In this document: one piece after another, positions 27,237 to 32,601 of the stretch
Numbering within the stretch: the first letter of the stretch is position 1
Layout: each line of letters opens with the position of its first letter
Assembly (NCBI GenBank): GCA_027083475.1
Contig: JALWON010000007.1
Span: forward strand, 1 to 32,601
Reading direction: 5' to 3'
Length of the DNA: 32,601 bases
From: Sulfurimonas sp.
Lineage (GTDB): Bacteria; Campylobacterota; Campylobacteria; Campylobacterales; Sulfurimonadaceae
Made by a program: the position numbers and the translations under genes
Notes under the pieces: model-generated
Seen by the model: the letters and a program-made list of their open reading frames with translations, nothing else
What the model was told of the DNA's origin: nothing
The model's database searches: none

Positions 27237-28087
27237 TAGCCTCTTGTGATGTTATGACGAATCATAAACAGAGGCATCCCAATAAGCAGAGATAAAATAA
27301 ACTCAAATAGATATGTAGGGACTGTATGCAGATATGTCTGATAAAAGTGATGTAAAAACTCTAAGTTATGAACAATCAAACTCCCTGCAACTAAGAGCAT
27401 TGCGATAGTTCCCACAAAGGAGAGGAATTTGATAACTTTTGGGAGGGATAGGACAAGAATTTTTCCAAGTTTCTCTTTTAGAGAGTTCTCTTTTGAGTGT
27501 TTTATAATGTAATAGCCAACATCATCCATTCTAACAAGAAGTGCTACAGTACCATAGACAGCTATCGTAGCTAAAATAGCAATTACCGACACAGCTATGA
27601 GCTGTATGGTAAATGTTTGATCCATGACAGTACCTAGTGAAACTACTATAATCTCTATTGACAAAATAAAATCTGTTACAATAGCAGACTTTATTTTCTG
27701 CTCTTCAGTGAGTCTTTGGCCTTTTGTTTCAGGATGTCCCTCTTTTTGAAATTTAGAAGAGATATAGTGGTGTATGACCTCTGCTCCCTCGTAGGAGAGG
27801 TAGATGCCACCAAGTAGAAGTATGATAGAAATTATCCATGGTACTATTGTACTTATGATGAAGATGATAGGTAAAATGATAAGCTTATTTTTAAAAGAGC
27901 CTTTTGTGATAGCCCACAAAACTGGTAACTCTCTCGATGCACTATATCCTGATGCTTTTTCAGCACTTACGGCAAGGTCATCTCCTAAAAGGGGCATTGT
28001 GTTTTTAATAGAAACTTTTGTCGCTGCTGCTGTGTTATCCATGAGCATAGCAATGTCATCAAATATTGCGAATATTCCACCTACCAT
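27233..28087 (-). CDS. DUF808 (YedI-like) inner membrane protein
   Basis: FAIFDDIA, GDDLAV, RELPVLWAITKGSFKNK, AIVTDFILSIEI, VRMDDVG. Confidence 0.9.
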   Translation of the reverse strand: MVGGIFAIFDDIAMLMDNTAAATKVSIKNTMPLLGDDLAVSAEKASGYSASRELPVLWAITKGSFKNKLIILPIIFIISTIVPWIISIILLLGGIYLSYEGAEVIHHYISSKFQKEGHPETKGQRLTEEQKIKSAIVTDFILSIEIIVVSLGTVMDQTFTIQLIAVSVIAILATIAVYGTVALLVRMDDVGYYIIKHSKENSLKEKLGKILVLSLPKVIKFLSFVGTIAMLLVAGSLIVHNLEFLHHFYQTYLHTVPTYLFEFILSLLIGMPLFMIRHNITRGY

Positions 28088-29455
28088 TTATATGCCATCC
28101 TTATGTAATGTTTTAAAATTATTGAGATAGTAGTTGTATAAATCATAAATAGAAATATACTCCTGTTTTGATTGTAAACTTTTTTTGATTAACTTTATGA
28201 ACTCTTCAAAACCTTCTTTGTGCATAGTTTCTTTCGTTTTTATGTTGAGCTGCTTACTTGTTTTATAGCTAAGGAGTCTACTTAACTCTTGTGTATTAAA
28301 AAAATCCATTTTTAGGGCAAGAGTGTTTTCTAAAAAAAGGCTTATCTCCTTTTTCATCGCAACTCTCTCTTTCTCTTTGACAGAAGCAAAGTTTATTTTT
28401 GCTGCACAAATCTCTTCTATATTAGCTGTTTTGAGCATAAAGGTCTCATTGACATCCTTTATAAAAGTTTGTACACACTTTGTAGGAGAACCACGCATAG
28501 CAATCTTTTTTGCAAAGGCACGTTTATAAGTCGGAGATATATCTCTGTTTGAACGATTATGTGTCTCGCTGTATCTGTCAAAATCAGTGACTATCATAAT
28601 GTTTGCATCTTCATCGAGTGTCTCTCTCACTGAATCTAGCTTATAAAGAAGTGCCGTCACATCGAGTGATTTTTGATACTTACACTCTATCATATGGAGA
28701 TGATTATCTTTCATAATCAGAATGTCATACTCATTTTCTAAGTAGATATCATCAAGACGATTGTCTCTCACTTTGACACCAAGTAAAATATCATCAAAAT
28801 GAAGCTCTTTAATCAGGTTGTAAATGTAATACTCATACAAAAATCCTGTTTGCATTTTAACAAGGGCATTCCTAGCTTCTGGGTCTTGTTTGTATAGGTA
28901 CTTATCAGCTTCATACTTCTCAAAAAAGAGATGAAGTGCCTTCTTGTGTTTCAGTGCAAAGTCACTACTTTGAGTGGAGACAACTTCTATGTTTTTAAGT
29001 AAAAAGTGATCTTTGATGGGGATAGAATTTTGTACTTTATATGTTTTCATAGAATATTTTGTTAGAAGGTTATACTCATTGTCGTATCTATCATAAGTGA
29101 TGATATTTGCACCTTTTGGTCTAAACTCACTAGAGAGCAGTGTGCCAACATTTGCTAAACCATCTGTTATGTTTATGTAGAGGTATTCATACTTCGTTAC
29201 ATGTTTTGCAACAAGTGCATTCACTTGTGAAGCAGCTTTGAAACTATCTTCATCCATTTTTATAACAAAGGATTTGATGCTTAAATCATATTTTTTTGTA
29301 AAGGCAAGTGTTCCATTTATAATCTTTTGTGCAGCGACAATGTCACTCCTGTAATCATCATGAATAACGATATGTGTAGATATTTTATCTTTAAACTCAT
29401 AAAAAAGAGGCAACACTGAGGAGTAAAAATCCCCTACAACAGAAACTAAAATCAA
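28088..29455 (-). CDS. CARF-domain PD-(D/E)xK nuclease (Card1/Can2, DUF1887-like)
   Basis: CARF-like beta1 (ILVSVVGD) and INITDG (cf. NxTGG). Nuclease motifs GFLYE...NEYDILIMKDNHLHMIECK...LYKLD. TTG start. Confidence 0.75.
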   Translation of the reverse strand: MILVSVVGDFYSSVLPLFYEFKDKISTHIVIHDDYRSDIVAAQKIINGTLAFTKKYDLSIKSFVIKMDEDSFKAASQVNALVAKHVTKYEYLYINITDGLANVGTLLSSEFRPKGANIITYDRYDNEYNLLTKYSMKTYKVQNSIPIKDHFLLKNIEVVSTQSSDFALKHKKALHLFFEKYEADKYLYKQDPEARNALVKMQTGFLYEYYIYNLIKELHFDDILLGVKVRDNRLDDIYLENEYDILIMKDNHLHMIECKYQKSLDVTALLYKLDSVRETLDEDANIMIVTDFDRYSETHNRSNRDISPTYKRAFAKKIAMRGSPTKCVQTFIKDVNETFMLKTANIEEICAAKINFASVKEKERVAMKKEISLFLENTLALKMDFFNTQELSRLLSYKTSKQLNIKTKETMHKEGFEEFIKLIKKSLQSKQEYISIYDLYNYYLNNFKTLHKDGI

Positions 29456-29565
29456 AACAGACTCTCTTCTTTTATGTTAATTATAACGAAAATCCCCTTA
29501 AAACGTGTATTTAGTTTAATCTTATGATAGTAAACTATATATTTAAAATTATATAATGGTGCAAC

Positions 29566-30492
29566 ATGAGTAAAAAAGATTATGATAAGACCCTTTCGAG
29601 ATTAATAGGAGTTTTAACGAAGCTTGATAATGGCGATAGACCGACATCCAAAGAACTCGCACAAGAGTATGGTGTCACTGTGAGGACTATTCAAAAAGAT
29701 ATTAGGGAGAGGCTTTACTATTATCCTATTGTAAAAACAAATGATCATAGATATATGTTTACTTCTGGCTTTTCATTAGGTAAAACCTCACTGAGTAATG
29801 ATGAAATTATATTTCTCAATCTTGCTCTTTCACAATTTGAGGATGTTGATGACATAGATAAAATCAAAAATAACATCTATAAAAAAATTATCAATAAAAA
29901 ATTGTATAGTCCTTATTATATAAAACAAAACGACCTTGAAGATATCGATATTGATTCACCACTTATCTCTCGACTTGAAGCTATCATAAATGACAAAGAG
30001 ATTGTAGAGATTATTTTTACAAATGCAACAAAAGAACTTGAGGTCTATAAGATAGCAGCTTTTGATGGCTTTTGGTATCTTTTTGCTAAAGATAGAGAAC
30101 TTCAAAAAGTAAAAACCTTTCAACTCTCTCATATACAAAAGATAAATCATACTGGTAAATATCATAAAACTCCAAACAGTTATATAGAGAGTGTTCTTGA
30201 ACATGCTCATTCTGCTTTTTTTGAAGATGGGAACTCTTTTCGTGTCGTCATCAAAGTCTATTCTGTAATTGCTATATATTTCAAAAACCGTGACTTTTTA
30301 CAATCACAAACAATAGAACAAGAACATAAAGATGGCTCTCTCACTGTTAGCTTTGAAGTGAGTCATGATGAAGATATAGACAACATTATAAAGTCTTGGC
30401 TACCACATATTGAAGTGATAGAACCACAAAGGTATAGAGAAAAACTTTTGAACGAACTCAAAGTCTATATTGAAAAAATTCAAACGAACTGA
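29566..30492 (+). CDS. HTH-WYL-WCX transcriptional regulator
   Basis: N-terminal wHTH (ELAQEYGVTVRTIQKDI), FDGFWYLFA, KTFQLSHI, C-terminal WLPHIEVIEP. Confidence 0.93.
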   Translation: MSKKDYDKTLSRLIGVLTKLDNGDRPTSKELAQEYGVTVRTIQKDIRERLYYYPIVKTNDHRYMFTSGFSLGKTSLSNDEIIFLNLALSQFEDVDDIDKIKNNIYKKIINKKLYSPYYIKQNDLEDIDIDSPLISRLEAIINDKEIVEIIFTNATKELEVYKIAAFDGFWYLFAKDRELQKVKTFQLSHIQKINHTGKYHKTPNSYIESVLEHAHSAFFEDGNSFRVVIKVYSVIAIYFKNRDFLQSQTIEQEHKDGSLTVSFEVSHDEDIDNIIKSWLPHIEVIEPQRYREKLLNELKVYIEKIQTN

Positions 30493-30517
30493 GGCAGTCG
30501 CCTAACGCCGTTATAAT
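30484..30517 (+). promoter_or_regulatory. Candidate WYL operator (CGAACTG-AGG-CAGTCG) plus -10 TATAAT (30512-30517)
   Basis: GC-rich imperfect palindrome in AT-rich DNA, ending 11 nt upstream of a perfect -10. Confidence 0.5.
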
Positions 30518-30543
30518 AGTATGAACGAAAAAATAGGAAGAGA

Positions 30544-31269
30544 ATGAAAACAGTTTTTTTACTTGGTGGTCAAGATTTAGAAATGTTCACAATCAAACAA
30601 CTTTTAGAGAGTAATAATATCTACTACTTTGATAAAAAACTTTCGTGGGGTGCGGAATTGAGTGCTTATCAAAATATTATAAATAATGCGCAAAAGTATA
30701 AAAAAATCTATGGAATTGAACTCAATAGAGATGTTGCAGTGCCAAATAATTATATTGAAATTGATCATCATGGAGAAAATGATTATAAAGATTCTTCTCT
30801 TGAACAGGTGGCTAAAATTTTAGGCATTAAACTTTCCCGCGAACAAAAAATTATAGCAGCGAATGATAGTCGTTATATAGTTGGTATGCAAGCGATAGGG
30901 GCAAGTGAAGAAGAAATTGTGCATATTCGTCAAAGAGAGAGAAAAATTCTTGGTGTCACGAAAGAAGATGAAAAAGAAGCACACAATCTAGTGCAAAATA
31001 GTGTTTCAAACATGATTTATACACAAATGAATAGTTTTGTGGCTCTTAGTGATTTTGCTTATATGAAATATAAAAAATATCTTATCTATAATAATAGTAG
31101 TATACTTTTTTACTTTTACAAAAAAGAAAAAATATTGTCTTTTTTACAAGAACATAATATAATGATAAATGCTATTTATTATGGTGGTGGTGAGTATGGA
31201 TTTGTAGGAATAAAGGCAAACATATTATCGTGTGATGCAATACAAAATTTGGTGAAGGAGTTTCAATAG
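30544..31269 (+). CDS. NrN-like DHH-family phosphodiesterase of the type encoded beside CRISPR-associated CorA
   Basis: FLLGGQDLEM, LSWGA, YGIEL, IDHH, SSLEQV, AAND motifs; immediately upstream of the corA-like gene. Confidence 0.75.
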   Translation: MKTVFLLGGQDLEMFTIKQLLESNNIYYFDKKLSWGAELSAYQNIINNAQKYKKIYGIELNRDVAVPNNYIEIDHHGENDYKDSSLEQVAKILGIKLSREQKIIAANDSRYIVGMQAIGASEEEIVHIRQRERKILGVTKEDEKEAHNLVQNSVSNMIYTQMNSFVALSDFAYMKYKKYLIYNNSSILFYFYKKEKILSFLQEHNIMINAIYYGGGEYGFVGIKANILSCDAIQNLVKEFQ

Positions 31270-32295
31270 ATGCAAAAAGAAGAAATAGCATATAGTTATC
31301 ATACCTTTATGCTCCCCTTTGTTTTTGAGGGAAAATTTAAAGAAAAAGAGCCTTGGAAGTGTAAAAATTTTCAGCTCAAAACAACAAAAGAGTACAATGA
31401 ATATATTTATTTTTACAAGCATGTGCAAGATGCACTTTTTGGTAAAAAATGTGATGAAGCAGCTATCTCAAAATATTATGATTATGAGTACGAAGAAGGA
31501 AGCTACTGTATAGAATCCAAAAAAGGTACTTTTGTACTAGATCTTGATGGTTTATCTTTACGTATTTTTAATACGAATGTTGCCATTCTTGCCTTTAATT
31601 TCAAAAATACAAGATATTATAATCAAAATGATATTTTGGCTATCAATGATTTTGGAAGACGCATTTACCCACAGTTTTTAGGAAAAAATTTTACAGTAGA
31701 AACAAAAGATTCTGTATTAGCATATACCCTTACTCTTAGTATAGATGATAAAGAGTATAAGGAAGACTTTACACGTTTTGATAAAGTTACAAGCTTACAA
31801 GACAATCAATTGTCTCTTATGCCAATATTTGTTCAAGAACTTCTTGAATATAATTTTGATAATTTTAAAAATATCAAGCCTGTTATAGATGATAGAATGT
31901 TTGTTATATCTCAGTACAATAGTGATGCACTCTCCCACTCTCTTCAAACTCTTAATGAAAAAGAAACATATTCCTATACATCTGACGATTGGTGGTATAA
32001 ATATCTTTTTGTTGATGGAGATAGTAAAACATGCCAAAATAAATTCATGGCAAAAAAGCTTATAGAAGAGTCAAGCTATGCGAGATGGATAGAGTTGGGA
32101 ACACTTTTTGGCATAAGTCGATACTCTTTTGTTGCATTGACAGGAAGTTGGTATGGCAAAAATAGACTTTTGCCGCACATGCAAACTATGTACTTTCAAA
32201 TCTTTTCACTTTTACTTGCATATAGAGCAAGTATCATAAAGTTTTCAGATGATATACAAAATGTTACTTCCAAATCAAAAAATATAGAATCATGA
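31270..32295 (+). pseudogene. Type III CRISPR-associated CorA-like effector, soluble domain only (C-terminal TM helices missing)
   Basis: YSYHTFMLPF, YNEYIYF, NDFGRRIYP, DDRMFV, LFVD...[29 protein letters not shown]. No C-terminal TM pair; the end overlaps a convergent gene by about 100 bp. Confidence 0.68.
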
Positions 32296-32601
32296 GTTGC
32301 AATAATAATCGTCTTATTTAAAGCTTTTAACTCCTTTATAATCTCTATAAAATGCAAAGACAATCTCTCATCCAAATTTGCCGTTGGTTCATCTGCTAGT
32401 ATAATTTTGGGTCTATTTATATTTGCTCTGGCTATGGCTACTCTTTGCTGTTCACCACCTGAGAGGTTTTTTACTAACTCTCTTCTTTTATGTGAGATAT
32501 GAAACATTTCCATAACCTCATCTAGCCTTATCCTAAGCTCTTTAAAAGTGAAATTTAGAGGAACTAAGGGGAGCATTATATTATCCTCCACACTCATATT
32601 T
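32196..32601 (-). CDS. ABC transporter ATP-binding protein (3' part; aberrant C-terminus)
   Basis: [30 protein letters not shown]. Residues after HDSIFFDL are the antisense of corA-like codons. Confidence 0.85.
   Translation of the reverse strand, partial: NMSVEDNIMLPLVPLNFTFKELRIRLDEVMEMFHISHKRRELVKNLSGGEQQRVAIARANINRPKIILADEPTANLDERLSLHFIEIIKELKALNKTIIIATHDSIFFDLEVTFCISSENFMILALYASKSEKI

Noticed and set aside
863-32037. The many 60-130 aa ORFs antisense to or nested in longer genes (e.g. 1241-1516, 3506-3766, 20218-20610, 26439-26732, 27804-28130)
   Set aside because: They overlap well-supported genes, lack recognisable motifs or SD sites, and read as shadow frames.
31270-32295. Housekeeping CorA Mg2+ transporter
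   Set aside because: No GMN motif or TM helices; motifs and the adjacent DHH gene fit the CRISPR-associated clade instead.

Overview
Chromosomal window from a Campylobacterota bacterium, most likely Sulfurimonas-like (inferred from the rpsB-tsf-ABC-fliR order, stand-alone ftsW-murG, and divergent mqnP/miaA of the futalosine menaquinone pathway). Bases 1-12.4 kb are mostly housekeeping genes plus one sensor GGDEF-EAL gene. The rest is accessory: (i) an OmpR regulator / outer-membrane barrel / small exported protein / histidine kinase module; (ii) a ~275 bp MITE with two internal hairpin arms; (iii) a cheX-cheY-GGDEF operon ending in a membrane-bound CheA-like kinase that lacks CheW, with the GGDEF gene frameshifted; (iv) a nine-heme cytochrome c lipoprotein whose promoter shares a 20/22-identical direct-repeat box with module (i), suggesting a small regulon; (v) a cluster of type III CRISPR-type ancillary genes (CARF-nuclease, WYL regulator, NrN-like DHH protein, CorA-like effector) with no cas10 or array in view. 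The corA-like gene is cut off at an apparent deletion junction with a convergent ABC ATPase gene. All protein calls come from motif recognition by eye; no database search was run.
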